64,000 nt of DNA from a virus (taxonomy: Duplodnaviria > Caudoviricetes), in the IMG/VR virus record IMGVR_UViG_2974602183_000001, positions 48,107-112,106 of that record, one strand, 5' to 3'. Below are positions 28,471 to 39,300 of this stretch, piece after piece. A model generated the notes under the pieces. The model was not told the DNA's origin. It was given only the letters and a program-made list of their open reading frames with translations, and did no database searches. The first letter of the stretch is position 1. The number at the start of each line of letters is the position of its first letter. The translations under genes and the position numbers were made by a program.

Positions 28471-31400
28471 TTATAGGTCAACACCATCTACTTGTGAACC
28501 AGCCCTAGATTGGTTCTTAGTATAGCCATAAGGAATAGCTAACTCAGAAGTACCGTATAGGCAAGTATCACCATTTAGGTTTGTATATGTACCTGTACCA
28601 TCTGTGATGTGAATTGTTGAGTCATCACCCCAACCGTCACTCTTGCCTTGGTAACTTTTTACTGTCGCATCTAAAGAGATTGAGTTACCACCGCCGTAGT
28701 ACACTTCACCTTCATCCCCCATATACATACCGTTCCAGTTCCATACAGCATTATTTCCATTTGCTTTAAATATCTGGCCTTTCAGTGGAACGTCTGCTTT
28801 TATGACATAGACTTCACCTTGGTTAACTGGGCTAGACGCTGTATTCACATCTTTAACTATTAAGTTCTTCCAAACCAACTCATTCCAAGCGAAGTTCATT
28901 GATGCCTGTTGGTTGTTAGCCGTTTGATACCATAGAGCTTTAACTGCTGGAGTAGTATCATCAGGTTTTGCTAAATCTAATGTAGCGTGAGTAGGCAGGT
29001 AACCCACCCCAACGTCTAACGTACAAACTTTCTCATGAATCAAGTAATCCTGAAGAGTGTAAGTATGTCTAGCATTCGTAGAAGCACTTGTTGCTACCTT
29101 ACCTAATAATGTCTCTACCAGAGTAGCACCTGCTGTTACATGGTGATGATATGTAGCGTGTACTTGCCCCAAACCTTCAGTACTATTCAGTACTTTCTTA
29201 TTCGTGCTTTCCTTAGTCTGCTTGGCGAATGCTGTGTAAGGTAGATAATAAATAGTACCCACTACCCCTGACCAATTATCACGTCCGTTAATTGTGTAAT
29301 CAAACTCAGTATCAAATGCACCTTGAGTCCACGTCGTACCATTGTCGGTTGTGTAGTAATCGATGCCAATATCCAGTGCTTTACGTGTGTACTTCCAATT
29401 AATACCATTTTGGTCGTCGTTAGTTGGGATAACAGGAATCCAGCCACCTAACCACCCATTAGCTAAAGAAGGTGTTGCTAGAATCTCCGCAGGGTCACCA
29501 ATCACATCAATCATAGTGAATTCGCCTGATACGGTTGAATCTGTAGGGTAAACCATAACGACATACATAACGTCTGAGTTATCTCTAGCTAACGTACTAT
29601 CAAAATATAGATGAACTGCTGCTATTGTTGAATCAAACCCTCTAGGATATAACTTTGAGTCAATAAACGAGGATACCCAACCTTTAGTAACATTATAAGT
29701 ATAGTAACCCAATGCACCTACAGCAGGGGAATCAGAACCAATATTAGCTAACCCGTTTGGTATATATTCTAAGTTTGGATAAGTTGACGAAGTAGTACTA
29801 GATTTACCCGTTGATTGCGTTGTAAGCACCACTGTTTTTGTTAACGCTTCCTCACCACGGTATGACCCATTTACTACTTTCTGGAATACCTTACTTGCTT
29901 CTTCTTTAGAAGACATATCCCAAGAAGGCAGACGGTAATCAATTACACCACCTTGACCTGAATTATAGATAGCATCATAGAACTTACCGTCAGGACGTTT
30001 ATTATTACCGTGACTAATACGACCTGAACCCGGTGTTTTAGCAATTTGAGTAGTTGCACTTACGTTAGTAAAACACTTACCGGCACTAGTAATTCCACTT
30101 ACTACTCGAGAATCATACCAAGGTAAGTTAGAAGCAGCTCCCCACTTATGCCAAGCAGCGGCACCCATAGGGTTAAACGATGGATGGTAAGCACCTTGGT
30201 TCAAACGAGGAACTACACCCCATACGTGGAAGTAACACTCCCCGTTTACACCTACACTAGTTAAGTCATCTTGTACTTTGAAAACACCAACTTCATTATT
30301 GGTATTCCAGCCATAACCTCGGTATTGTCTAACATCTGGGATACTTAACGAAGGAACTGTATCAAGAGTACCTTGCGACCAAACCCGCATAATATCCTCA
30401 GCATATTCTAAAACCGAACCGCTTGAGTTCGTATTGAACCAGTCTCCGTTACCAGCACCTGCAATAGTACGTTGACGCATACGCCATTGAACCAAACGAC
30501 CGTCATCTAACATGAAGATATTATTGGTTTCATCAGATACCATTGCTTTCTTCTGTTCATCCGTAGCTGCCCAGAAATCTACACCCTTACCTTGTGAACC
30601 AGTATCACCATCATATACTGCGTAGTAAGTGACAGGACGATTAGATGTAGTTGTGGTAATACCATTCATTGAAGTAGCTTGGGATTGAACCATTCCTTTT
30701 GGGTAAACAAAAGGGTTAGTTTGAGATACTTCTTCTAGGAAGAACTCGGCACCAAACATATCATGACGGTCGATTACTACTTCTTCGGTTGCTAAACGAA
30801 TAGAAGCCGTGTCGTAATAAACTGCGCCTATATTGTCATTTGTTGCTGATAGGTGCAAATACATTGCCGCCGTTTGTGCTTGGAACGTGAATTCAAAATA
30901 CCCTGTATCTGTTGTTACTTCGTTTAGTGAATAAGTACCAGAACCTAAATCTGGAGAGTTATTAACACTAATACGTGCTAACTGGCCCGCATCCACTGAA
31001 TCAATATAAACCCCAACCGTTACCATATCACCAACGTCTGCAAATGGTGTAATCTCTTGTGACGCCGCCGAACCTGCTAGTGTTGCGCTGCCTTGAACTT
31101 TTAGCAATGCTGAAGAAGCTACAATTGATAGGGTTGCTCCACGAGTAGCATTCCAATAGCCAGCTACCGGTGCGCGGAAATCTCCATTTTGGCACCAACC
31201 TTCGAATGCACGACTAACTGCTTCATTAACATCACCATTAGCACTATTACCATACTTAGGGTCAACATCGGTAAGTAAATTCAAAGTAGCATTACCAGCA
31301 CCACGAGCATTCCCAGTAGAGTCGTAAATAACTGTACCATTTGGTGCTTCTGGGAATTTGATTGGACTTTGCACATTACTTGCATCACCATTATTACTTA

Positions 31401-32712
31401 CAATCTCAGAAATGAATCCGGCAATATGGGTAACTGCAAAATCAGTCTTAGAAGTTCCCGAATGAGTAGAACCACTTGAGCGACCCATTACAAGAGAACC
31501 AGAAGTATTTGACTGCCACAAACCTGCATTAATAGCATTTCTGTCTGCGTCTTCTAACTGCAACCCATAATGGTCAAAACCACTAGCTGCACGAACAGAT
31601 TTATTCTGCTCACGCATTTGGTTCAAAGAAGCTTCATTACGTACAAACTGTTTCCATTCAATCTCTGATAGGACATTAGCTGCATCATCAGCACTCTGTT
31701 GAGCATCTGCTGCACTTTGTGCTGCATTGGCCTCACTCGTAGCAGCGTTACTCTCACTCGTTGCTGCATTAGTTTCGCTTGTAGCTGCATTATTTGCGGA
31801 AGTATTGGCGCTAGACGCAGCCAAAGATGCAACATTCTGCGCAGATTCTGCATTTGATTCAGACGTACTTGCCGCAGAAGCTGAAGCAGCGGCGTTTGTC
31901 TCGCTAGCTTCGGCTGCTGCCTCTGCTATAAGAGCAGCGTCACGAGCGGCCACTGCGGTGTTAGCTGCTTGTATCGCTGTTTCTGATGGAACGTCCCAAG
32001 CAGCTCCATTCCAAAACCTTAGCTCATCCTCAGCACTATTCCAGTAACTAGCACCTACCTGTAGGGGGTTGCCGTCGTTATCCGTTGTAGGGTCGGAAGC
32101 CTTTGCACCTAAGTACTTATCATCAAAATTATCAAATGCTGCTTCTGCGTTGGCTGCGTGAACAGCAGCATTGGTTTCAGATGTCGCTGCGTTGGCTTCT
32201 GAAACGGAAGCCGCTGCCTCACTACTTGCTGCTGCCTGCTTAGACGCTAGAGCTGAAGAAGCTGAGTTCGCTGCGTTAGACTCTGAGCCGGCTGCTGCTG
32301 ACGCGCTAGATGCTGCGTTAGCTTCACTACTTGCCGCTGCTTGTTCAGAAGATAGGGCAGCTGACGCAGAGTTTGCTGCTGCCGTCTCGGAACCCGCTGC
32401 ATTGGCTTCAGAAGAGGCCGCGTTAGTTTCCGATTCTTTGGAGTTCTTTTCAGGAGAGTCCCAAACATTAGACCCCTCGTAGTAGTATACATAACCATCA
32501 GTGGTGTTTAGGTAGTAATCTCCTAGCTCCAGAGCTGTACCGTCTACGCGCTCCGTAGGCGCGGTTGGGTGAGCCCCTTGGTATTTAGCTACCTGAGCTA
32601 GCCCCTTTATAGCCCCAACAGTTGGGGCTATATCTAGAACTACTAGCTTATTCTTTTTGCTCTCTAGCTCTAGCGTGTTTTTTATTTGTTCTAGGTAAAT
32701 TCTGGTTCCCAT
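28471..32712 (-). CDS. ltf: Long (L-shaped) tail fibre protein
   Basis: Ala/Ser-rich SE.NAA coiled-coil repeats, YLGAKASDPTTDNDGNPL motif, large beta-rich C-terminus; T5 ltf position. Confidence 0.85.
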   Translation of the reverse strand: MGTRIYLEQIKNTLELESKKNKLVVLDIAPTVGAIKGLAQVAKYQGAHPTAPTERVDGTALELGDYYLNTTDGYVYYYEGSNVWDSPEKNSKESETNAASSEANAAGSETAAANSASAALSSEQAAASSEANAASSASAAAGSESNAANSASSALASKQAAASSEAAASVSEANAATSETNAAVHAANAEAAFDNFDDKYLGAKASDPTTDNDGNPLQVGASYWNSAEDELRFWNGAAWDVPSETAIQAANTAVAARDAALIAEAAAEASETNAAASASAASTSESNAESAQNVASLAASSANTSANNAATSETNAATSESNAATSEANAAQSAADAQQSADDAANVLSEIEWKQFVRNEASLNQMREQNKSVRAASGFDHYGLQLEDADRNAINAGLWQSNTSGSLVMGRSSGSTHSGTSKTDFAVTHIAGFISEIVSNNGDASNVQSPIKFPEAPNGTVIYDSTGNARGAGNATLNLLTDVDPKYGNSANGDVNEAVSRAFEGWCQNGDFRAPVAGYWNATRGATLSIVASSALLKVQGSATLAGSAASQEITPFADVGDMVTVGVYIDSVDAGQLARISVNNSPDLGSGTYSLNEVTTDTGYFEFTFQAQTAAMYLHLSATNDNIGAVYYDTASIRLATEEVVIDRHDMFGAEFFLEEVSQTNPFVYPKGMVQSQATSMNGITTTTSNRPVTYYAVYDGDTGSQGKGVDFWAATDEQKKAMVSDETNNIFMLDDGRLVQWRMRQRTIAGAGNGDWFNTNSSGSVLEYAEDIMRVWSQGTLDTVPSLSIPDVRQYRGYGWNTNNEVGVFKVQDDLTSVGVNGECYFHVWGVVPRLNQGAYHPSFNPMGAAAWHKWGAASNLPWYDSRVVSGITSAGKCFTNVSATTQIAKTPGSGRISHGNNKRPDGKFYDAIYNSGQGGVIDYRLPSWDMSSKEEASKVFQKVVNGSYRGEEALTKTVVLTTQSTGKSSTTSSTYPNLEYIPNGLANIGSDSPAVGALGYYTYNVTKGWVSSFIDSKLYPRGFDSTIAAVHLYFDSTLARDNSDVMYVVMVYPTDSTVSGEFTMIDVIGDPAEILATPSLANGWLGGWIPVIPTNDDQNGINWKYTRKALDIGIDYYTTDNGTTWTQGAFDTEFDYTINGRDNWSGVVGTIYYLPYTAFAKQTKESTNKKVLNSTEGLGQVHATYHHHVTAGATLVETLLGKVATSASTNARHTYTLQDYLIHEKVCTLDVGVGYLPTHATLDLAKPDDTTPAVKALWYQTANNQQASMNFAWNELVWKNLIVKDVNTASSPVNQGEVYVIKADVPLKGQIFKANGNNAVWNWNGMYMGDEGEVYYGGGNSISLDATVKSYQGKSDGWGDDSTIHITDGTGTYTNLNGDTCLYGTSELAIPYGYTKNQSRAGSQVDGVDL

Positions 32713-33158
32713 TATACTACCCCATCACTAAAGTATACTTTACCTTGCATTATTCTAGTCACCACGTCTGATTGGGTATCTCTTACCAAGACGTCGTAAT
32801 AGCCTAAGAACCTGATTCTTGGGCTGTATTTATCTCGAGTTGGTTGCGCATAAGGAAGCATCGCAGTTACTTCCGCCCTACCAAGGCTCATATCCACAAC
32901 CCCATTAACTGCGTCGGTTTTCTGGAAAGTGAAGCTACCGATATCAGTAGCGGAATCCTCAAGAGAGTCTGCTATACTTCCAGTGAACTCTTGATATGTT
33001 AAATTAATAGGAGTTTCTACCTCCACGCAGTTCTCATCATTGCCTGTAACAGGATGTTGAGTACACTGCAACTCTGTTTCTTTTAGACGAAGCCTCAGCC
33101 CGAAGTCTGCTCCTTCCTCTAGTATAATATCGTATGTTTTTTGGTCTAAAACGCTCAT
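32712..33158 (-). CDS. Collar / fibre-attachment protein (T5 p132-like)
   Basis: 148 aa, between central fibre and ltf; YDVLV...RIMQGKV Ig-like pattern. Confidence 0.7.
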   Translation of the reverse strand: MSVLDQKTYDIILEEGADFGLRLRLKETELQCTQHPVTGNDENCVEVETPINLTYQEFTGSIADSLEDSATDIGSFTFQKTDAVNGVVDMSLGRAEVTAMLPYAQPTRDKYSPRIRFLGYYDVLVRDTQSDVVTRIMQGKVYFSDGVV

Positions 33159-33258
33159 TACTGGGCTCCTTTAACAATATATTCTTACCAAAATATTTAA
33201 AATTATTATAGTATGGTTTTTTATTTTTGTCACGAGAATTTTTTAGAGTAGTATAAAT

Positions 33259-33281
33259 AAAAATAGGGGCCGAGGCCCCTA
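33259..33281 (-). terminator. Terminator after the central fibre gene
   Basis: TAGGGGCC-tc-GGCCCCTATTTTT. Confidence 0.75.
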
Positions 33282-33286
33282 CCTTA

Positions 33287-36200
33287 TTAAGATAACTCCC
33301 CTGAGTCTTTGAATAGGTATGCTACAACATCCGAGTTAATGGTGCGGTAAGATGTACCTAGGGTACGGTACATATACCTAATAGAAGCTATATTTCTACT
33401 AGCGGACACCTGTAATACGTAGGAGGAGGCAGCCTCACCAGCTGGTATCATACCATCTATCGAAGGGATAGTTACTGATGAGGTTAGGTTACTTCCAGTA
33501 AAGTCATATACATAGCTATACTCCCATAGAACGTTATTAGTGGTAGAGTTTACAACCCTTAACCTTATAACGGTGTCAGCAAAGCCAGCATCACGTTGTA
33601 CTATCACAGAGAACCCCGCTCCCCCATTAGACACCCTTAAACTTAAATTTCGAGGGTAAGGCCTAACGGTACCTGTGGAAACTAAAGTAGCTACAGTAGC
33701 CCAAGTGTTTCCGTAAGTAAAACCTGTGTAGCTAGCGGGGTTGTTCTTAACTATCCCTGAAACGATATCCCCTACTATGTTCTCAGCGTATACGGTGCCA
33801 TCGAACACACCATCAGTGAAGTAACCAACACCACGAACAACTACATTGTTAAACTCTGCGTTGCCGTTAATATCCATAGAGAACCCGTCGTTACCCTGAG
33901 AGTAATTAGAGGACTTAATAACTGTAGAGTTCTGATTAGGATATATCCTATTCTCTGTATATCCATTAGCTGCTGCTTTCGCTGCATTGGCCTTTGCGGT
34001 GGCGTCCGCTGCGGCCGTACTAATAGCTGAGTTTTTAGCCGCGTTTGCCTTAGTCGTAGCATCTGCTGCGGCCGTACTAATAGCTGAGTTTTTAGCCGCG
34101 TTTGCCTTAGACTGCGCACCAGAGGGAGTTTCAGCCCCGATACTAGACGTTGTCACATTGCTATTATCAATGGCGTCTGGTATGTCTCCGGTAAGTGTCA
34201 GCGTCTCTGCTATAATATCCCCTCGGAAGGAATACTTGTCAGTTATAGGGTTAAGCTCAACCCTAGTGCTTCCTGCAGAGTTCCTTGCGTACATGATACC
34301 GTTAGAGGTCACACCCCACTTCCAGTTAGGTAGGTTGTTATCTGTTACGGAAGTATACCCTGCAACAAAAGCTAGACTAGCACCAGATGTATGATTACCA
34401 CGAATACCTGCGTAAACTCCACTACCTCCGGTATTTCCTATATGCAGGTTCGTACCTAAGATAGTATTAGCTATCAGGGCGTCCGCCGTCAACGACCCAT
34501 CAACCACCATGTTACCGTGAACAGCTAAGGCTACAGTCCCCCATGCTCCAGAGGATGCAGTATCCCATTGTCTAGTAGTAGCGATGGACGGGTTACTTGG
34601 GTTATACTGAGTTAGGACATCATACTTAGCCGGTGGTCTTCCAAATTGAGATTGGAAGAAAGAGGTAGCTGTACTAGACCGGAAGGTTCCATTAAACCCA
34701 GAGATAGCCTGAGAGTAAAACCCCGGACCATCAGCTCCATCTTGTCCATCTTGACCATCTTGTCCAGGGGCTCCCGTGCCTCCAGTAAGAGCAGGGGTTG
34801 ACCAGCTCTCTCCGCCTACTAGGAAGGAAGTAGTAAGGTCTACCAAGCCCACTGAAGTATATAGGTATTGTCCTGAAGGTACTGTAGGTGGAGCTACAGA
34901 CCATCCGGAAGGTGGATATGTAGTCTGTGTCGGAGTGCTTGGAGTGGACGAGGCTGCTTTATAGATATTTCTTACCTGAGAGTACAGAGGCCTGTCCCCT
35001 TGAGGAGTACCTATAGCAACGTCTCCAGAAATCCTTAAAGTATCCCCATCCCAACGTATATACTGAGCACTGTTACCTAAATCGAACTTGAATCGATATC
35101 CTCCGGACATCTCGTGACCCATCCAGATACCCTCTGTAGAGTCTCCATACTCAGTCTTACCAGCGGAGCGCAGCTGAGGTGACTGAGTACCGTTTAAGTT
35201 AGTTAACACAAAGTTCGCAGCGTTTATCGTCTCAGAAATTACAGAACCCTTGACGTTCACTGTACCGTTACCATTGCCGTCAGACGTGAAACTTATCGGT
35301 GCTTCACCTTCTTCGTCTAGTATACCTATTGTAACGTTACCAGTGGCAGCATCTACATTAAAAGACTGCTTCCATACAGAGTTAGCGTCGTCCCATACTC
35401 TTCCTCTAATGTGGGAGTATGTTAGGTCAATACCTGTCTCATTAGTGAACGAGTTATCAATCGTCGTCGTATCGTCGATTTTAAATATAATATTATCTGC
35501 GTAGACAACATCATCGGATTCTGGGCCCCAAGCTGTAGTAGCTACTCGATACACTTGCTCTCTGTCGAAAGGGTGGTTAGTAACTACTACGGACTTCGCG
35601 GTACCTGCGTTAATTACCTCGGCACCTGCCCATTTATCTGATGCACTATTGGAGTCGTATTTGGCTTTGTCTAGTCTCCAAACCACGAATTCTCTAGCAT
35701 TGGCTCCGTCTAGCTTCTCCCAGTCCCAAGATATTTTTACGTCGTATCTTTCCGCAGGCTCTTTTAATTTGGCTACCTGGAAAGTAACATTGCTAACCTT
35801 CTCTGGTGGAGTGAATCCCCAGTTAAGTGTTATGTTCTCTAGAGTATCCCAAGAGCTTAAGTCTCTAGTGCTGCCATCTGGGAAGTTAACCACACCACGG
35901 ATGCGAACGTCTATAGCGACCCCAATAGGTAGGCCGGCCACTCCTAGAGTCTGTAGGAAGCCTCCATAGAAGAATCCAGTCCAGTTTGAAGTACCTGTAG
36001 GAGCCCACTGGGCTTCTATAAGGTCAGCATCTCCATCTAGGTCTAGTGTAAGAACGGGAGGAGCCACACCCACGTCCACTTCCTCTGCTGTAACTGTATA
36101 AGAGTTAATGGTTGGCTCAGCTCTCGTGGCGGTAGCCACGGGGTCTGAGATTGCCATACCAAAACGTTCAGCCCTAAGCTCCGCGTCTACCATGGCATCG

Positions 36201-36424
36201 AAGTACGCGGCTTCTAGGTTGTACGGAGAGCCTGGGTTTAGCCCAACAGCGAATACATAGTACCTGTCAATGTTTACGTCAGGGGTTTGGGCCGTACCGT
36301 TGACCCAAACCATTTTACCCTGTACGTCTACGTCCGTGTAGGCCGTGTGTTGCATGTAAATGGCCGTATATCCTGGGTAGACGTCAGTGATACCCATTTT
36401 TAGCGGCTGAGTGTTTTCAATCAT
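33287..36424 (-). CDS. pb4: Central straight fibre (pb4-like) with extended C-terminus
   Basis: FnIII-like N-terminal domains, beta-spike, collagen-like GQD repeats, lambda-J-like GFSMDINGNAEFNNVVVRG. Start MIENTQ overlaps the pb3 stop. Confidence 0.8.
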   Translation of the reverse strand: MIENTQPLKMGITDVYPGYTAIYMQHTAYTDVDVQGKMVWVNGTAQTPDVNIDRYYVFAVGLNPGSPYNLEAAYFDAMVDAELRAERFGMAISDPVATATRAEPTINSYTVTAEEVDVGVAPPVLTLDLDGDADLIEAQWAPTGTSNWTGFFYGGFLQTLGVAGLPIGVAIDVRIRGVVNFPDGSTRDLSSWDTLENITLNWGFTPPEKVSNVTFQVAKLKEPAERYDVKISWDWEKLDGANAREFVVWRLDKAKYDSNSASDKWAGAEVINAGTAKSVVVTNHPFDREQVYRVATTAWGPESDDVVYADNIIFKIDDTTTIDNSFTNETGIDLTYSHIRGRVWDDANSVWKQSFNVDAATGNVTIGILDEEGEAPISFTSDGNGNGTVNVKGSVISETINAANFVLTNLNGTQSPQLRSAGKTEYGDSTEGIWMGHEMSGGYRFKFDLGNSAQYIRWDGDTLRISGDVAIGTPQGDRPLYSQVRNIYKAASSTPSTPTQTTYPPSGWSVAPPTVPSGQYLYTSVGLVDLTTSFLVGGESWSTPALTGGTGAPGQDGQDGQDGADGPGFYSQAISGFNGTFRSSTATSFFQSQFGRPPAKYDVLTQYNPSNPSIATTRQWDTASSGAWGTVALAVHGNMVVDGSLTADALIANTILGTNLHIGNTGGSGVYAGIRGNHTSGASLAFVAGYTSVTDNNLPNWKWGVTSNGIMYARNSAGSTRVELNPITDKYSFRGDIIAETLTLTGDIPDAIDNSNVTTSSIGAETPSGAQSKANAAKNSAISTAAADATTKANAAKNSAISTAAADATAKANAAKAAANGYTENRIYPNQNSTVIKSSNYSQGNDGFSMDINGNAEFNNVVVRGVGYFTDGVFDGTVYAENIVGDIVSGIVKNNPASYTGFTYGNTWATVATLVSTGTVRPYPRNLSLRVSNGGAGFSVIVQRDAGFADTVIRLRVVNSTTNNVLWEYSYVYDFTGSNLTSSVTIPSIDGMIPAGEAASSYVLQVSASRNIASIRYMYRTLGTSYRTINSDVVAYLFKDSGELS
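34008..34110. repeat. Intragenic tandem repeat, period 57 bp, 46 bp identical
   Basis: Encodes KANAAKNSAISTAAADAT twice. Confidence 0.9.
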
Positions 36425-39300
36425 ATTTTTGTCCATCCCACGGATTTAGCTCCGTCATCTGATTCTGCTCGTATCCTAACCCCTAACTGCCTAAACATAC
36501 CTTTAGTGCCTTTAGCAGCTAAGTAGTCTGACTTATTAGCAGGGAGGTCGTATATGTAAGCATAAGCATTACGTATCTCTAGCGAACGAATTAGGTCACC
36601 CGTGTCGAAATCGCCGTCCCAAAATTCCAAATTATAATATATATTATCCATGAAGTCTTCTTCGAATATAGGATTCCATTGTAGGCTAACCTCCGCACCT
36701 TTCCATATTGTCTCATCCCCTGTAATATTGTTCACTAGGTCAAATCCCGTCACCATAGTAAGGTTTTTTGTACCGTCGGGCCCTAGTTGCAAGGAGAGTA
36801 TAGCCGGAGAGGAAGATAATCCTTTATTGCCTGCTACCGCTCGGACTTCGAAAGTATAAATCCTATCCTCAGTAATAGTGTCTACAGGAAGCTCTATGTA
36901 CGTACTAGGCTCGTCCGTGGAGGAGGCGTTGACTGTGATAGTCGAAGCTACTCCAGTATAGTTGATTGCGTAGTACGTTACGTCAGGAGAGAAACTAGGA
37001 AGCCATCTTAAATATCCATTCACTCCTTCAGGGTCCCCAGGTATAGAAGGCCTATAGTTCAAATCCCTAGGAGGAAGTACCTTAGTACCTATCTCTGGAA
37101 TTTGAGAGTCTCCTATATCCGCCTGAGGGGAGTTAATAAATACCCCATCCTCGTATTCTCGAAGTTTCAGCTTAACCTTACCAGTAGATTGCCATACGGT
37201 CTCCCTGATTAGGAACTGCTTCTTGTCCCAACCAAAACGCTCATACGTTAAAGTTATTGGGGAGTTAATAGGTAAATCTACATACTTGTAAGGCACTGTA
37301 ATAGAAACCTCTCGGTTGTATCTAGACTTCTTGAGAACTCGTTCCGCTAAAGCCCTAGCACAGTAGTAGTTAGTTATATGTGGAAAGGAGATATTGGCTT
37401 TTTTCTCTAATTGACTGTCTTCCGCTTTGAAGTCTGCATTAAAGAAAATAATGTCGTTGGATTCCCACCCTATGCCAGGGTCTCTAATATCTGCCTGCAC
37501 TGTGTTGTACTTTTCCTTGGACGTAATATCTGAGACTTGAAGTCGTCCACCAACTAAATCTGCCTCGGTTAGGTCCGCCACAGGGTCTTTTAGGGACTCT
37601 ACAGTAAGTGCGTACTTACCTTCAATGATATTCAAAGAGGACTCGGCTTGCTCTAACATACTCTTCATGTTTTTAAAGAGAGAAGTCTCTCCATTCAACA
37701 GTGGGTTGGTTTGCAAAATAGCCTTATTCGCCTCAGTGGTATTGTCCTCCCAACCGATGTATCTCCAGAATGGTACCCACGATAACTCATAGGTGTTGTC
37801 TACTGTACCTAGTAGGTTTGCTACCTCTACAAAAGTATTCAAGTCTATTCGGTCCATACCTACAGCGGCCCCGAAGATAGGGCTATTTAAGTAGTCTAGC
37901 ATCTGCCATGCTGGGTTGGTGCTTGTTCTATCATCCCTTACTAGCCCATTCTCATCATAGACAGCTACTTTTCTTCCCTGTATCTCTGCATAGATAGTAG
38001 GTATTTCTGTTCTTTGGTCGGTTATTTTAAACTCGGCTACCACATACGCAGTGTCTAGTAGCTTATACCTAGAGTCCCAGTACTCTGGTCCCATAGGGGT
38101 TGGCCCGTTGTTCTGTAGATAGAAGTTTCCGTTAGCTGCTATGTCTACTAGCTTAGAGCATGCTGTCTGGTCTCTTTTACCATGAAATGTCCAGAAGCTT
38201 ACTTGCCCTAAACCATCCTGAACGATGTATTCTTGCCCATGTACAGAAGGCGCTGTAGGGTCTTGAGTAGGTGTAGCAACAGAGATAGTGTCCCCGTTAC
38301 CTCTTTTTACACCAAAACAAGCTCGCTCATCAGCATCGTTAGTATCATTACATACTAAAGGTTTATCTTCCATCCATATGTCTAAGAATCCATCTATCTC
38401 TCCTTCACAGAAAGCGTATACTACGTATACAGTTGAAGGGTCGTCTAGCAGTGTGTCTGCGAATACTGGGATACCTTGGGTCTTTTGAACCCCATAAATA
38501 GTAGGGATATTCTTTGCTGCAAGGTTGAACCGCATATCAACCTCTTTTTCCACAGTTTCCCAGTACTCTACAAGGTCGTAAGATTTCTTAATACCAAAAA
38601 GGCCTGAAGACTTTTTCTTCAGCTTGTAAGCTTGCTCTAGACCTTGGTATTTGGCTAGTATGTTTACGGACTTGTTGGCGTGGAAGAAGCCTAGGTCCGT
38701 CTGATACTCAAATCTCTTAGCCGCGTTGGAGGGAACCTCTTCTCCGTCTTGGTCTACGATAAGACCTCGGTGAGACTCATCGTCCGTTAACCTACCATTT
38801 ACTCGCTCTAAGTCATAGAACTCATTAGCACACTTCCAAGAGATGGTGGATTCGCCCCTAGAAGTAGCTGAGCGGTTTTCGTCGATAGACACCTCAGTTA
38901 TGGTACCCTCGAAGAATAGTAGTGTACTACCATCTGCGTAGTAGGGAACTACCTCACCAGTTGTGTTATCTAGTACTACTCTCCATATAGAAATCTTCTT
39001 GTTCAGGTACTGCTGTGAGCGTACTGCACGGTCTACCTCCTCGGAGGATGCACCAGTTATCTTAATTGTCACGTTATGGGCACTAAGCCTATTAGACTGC
39101 TTAACGTCACTGATATTCTTGACCTTACCAGGGACAAACTCCTGTCCGTCGTACTGGATTTCTCTAGAATAATCTGTGTAGTAGGCAAAGCTAGCTAGTT
39201 CTCCCGGTAGTTCTATTCTAACTAGGTGCGCTAGCTGTACCTTATCATTATTGTTTAAGTAGTCTTTTAGTGCCTGAGTAATCTTACTCGGCATGTACAT
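36421..39300 (-). CDS. pb3: Baseplate hub protein pb3
   Basis: 959 aa, IPTIYG, CEGEIDG, STNPAWQMLDYL, C-terminal FnIII; synteny. Confidence 0.9.
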   Translation of the reverse strand: MYMPSKITQALKDYLNNNDKVQLAHLVRIELPGELASFAYYTDYSREIQYDGQEFVPGKVKNISDVKQSNRLSAHNVTIKITGASSEEVDRAVRSQQYLNKKISIWRVVLDNTTGEVVPYYADGSTLLFFEGTITEVSIDENRSATSRGESTISWKCANEFYDLERVNGRLTDDESHRGLIVDQDGEEVPSNAAKRFEYQTDLGFFHANKSVNILAKYQGLEQAYKLKKKSSGLFGIKKSYDLVEYWETVEKEVDMRFNLAAKNIPTIYGVQKTQGIPVFADTLLDDPSTVYVVYAFCEGEIDGFLDIWMEDKPLVCNDTNDADERACFGVKRGNGDTISVATPTQDPTAPSVHGQEYIVQDGLGQVSFWTFHGKRDQTACSKLVDIAANGNFYLQNNGPTPMGPEYWDSRYKLLDTAYVVAEFKITDQRTEIPTIYAEIQGRKVAVYDENGLVRDDRTSTNPAWQMLDYLNSPIFGAAVGMDRIDLNTFVEVANLLGTVDNTYELSWVPFWRYIGWEDNTTEANKAILQTNPLLNGETSLFKNMKSMLEQAESSLNIIEGKYALTVESLKDPVADLTEADLVGGRLQVSDITSKEKYNTVQADIRDPGIGWESNDIIFFNADFKAEDSQLEKKANISFPHITNYYCARALAERVLKKSRYNREVSITVPYKYVDLPINSPITLTYERFGWDKKQFLIRETVWQSTGKVKLKLREYEDGVFINSPQADIGDSQIPEIGTKVLPPRDLNYRPSIPGDPEGVNGYLRWLPSFSPDVTYYAINYTGVASTITVNASSTDEPSTYIELPVDTITEDRIYTFEVRAVAGNKGLSSSPAILSLQLGPDGTKNLTMVTGFDLVNNITGDETIWKGAEVSLQWNPIFEEDFMDNIYYNLEFWDGDFDTGDLIRSLEIRNAYAYIYDLPANKSDYLAAKGTKGMFRQLGVRIRAESDDGAKSVGWTKI

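Noticed and set aside
33165-33177. boxA-like GCTCCTTTAACAA on the plus strand
   Set aside because: It is the reverse complement of the RBS of the minus-strand collar gene, and the wrong strand for local transcription.
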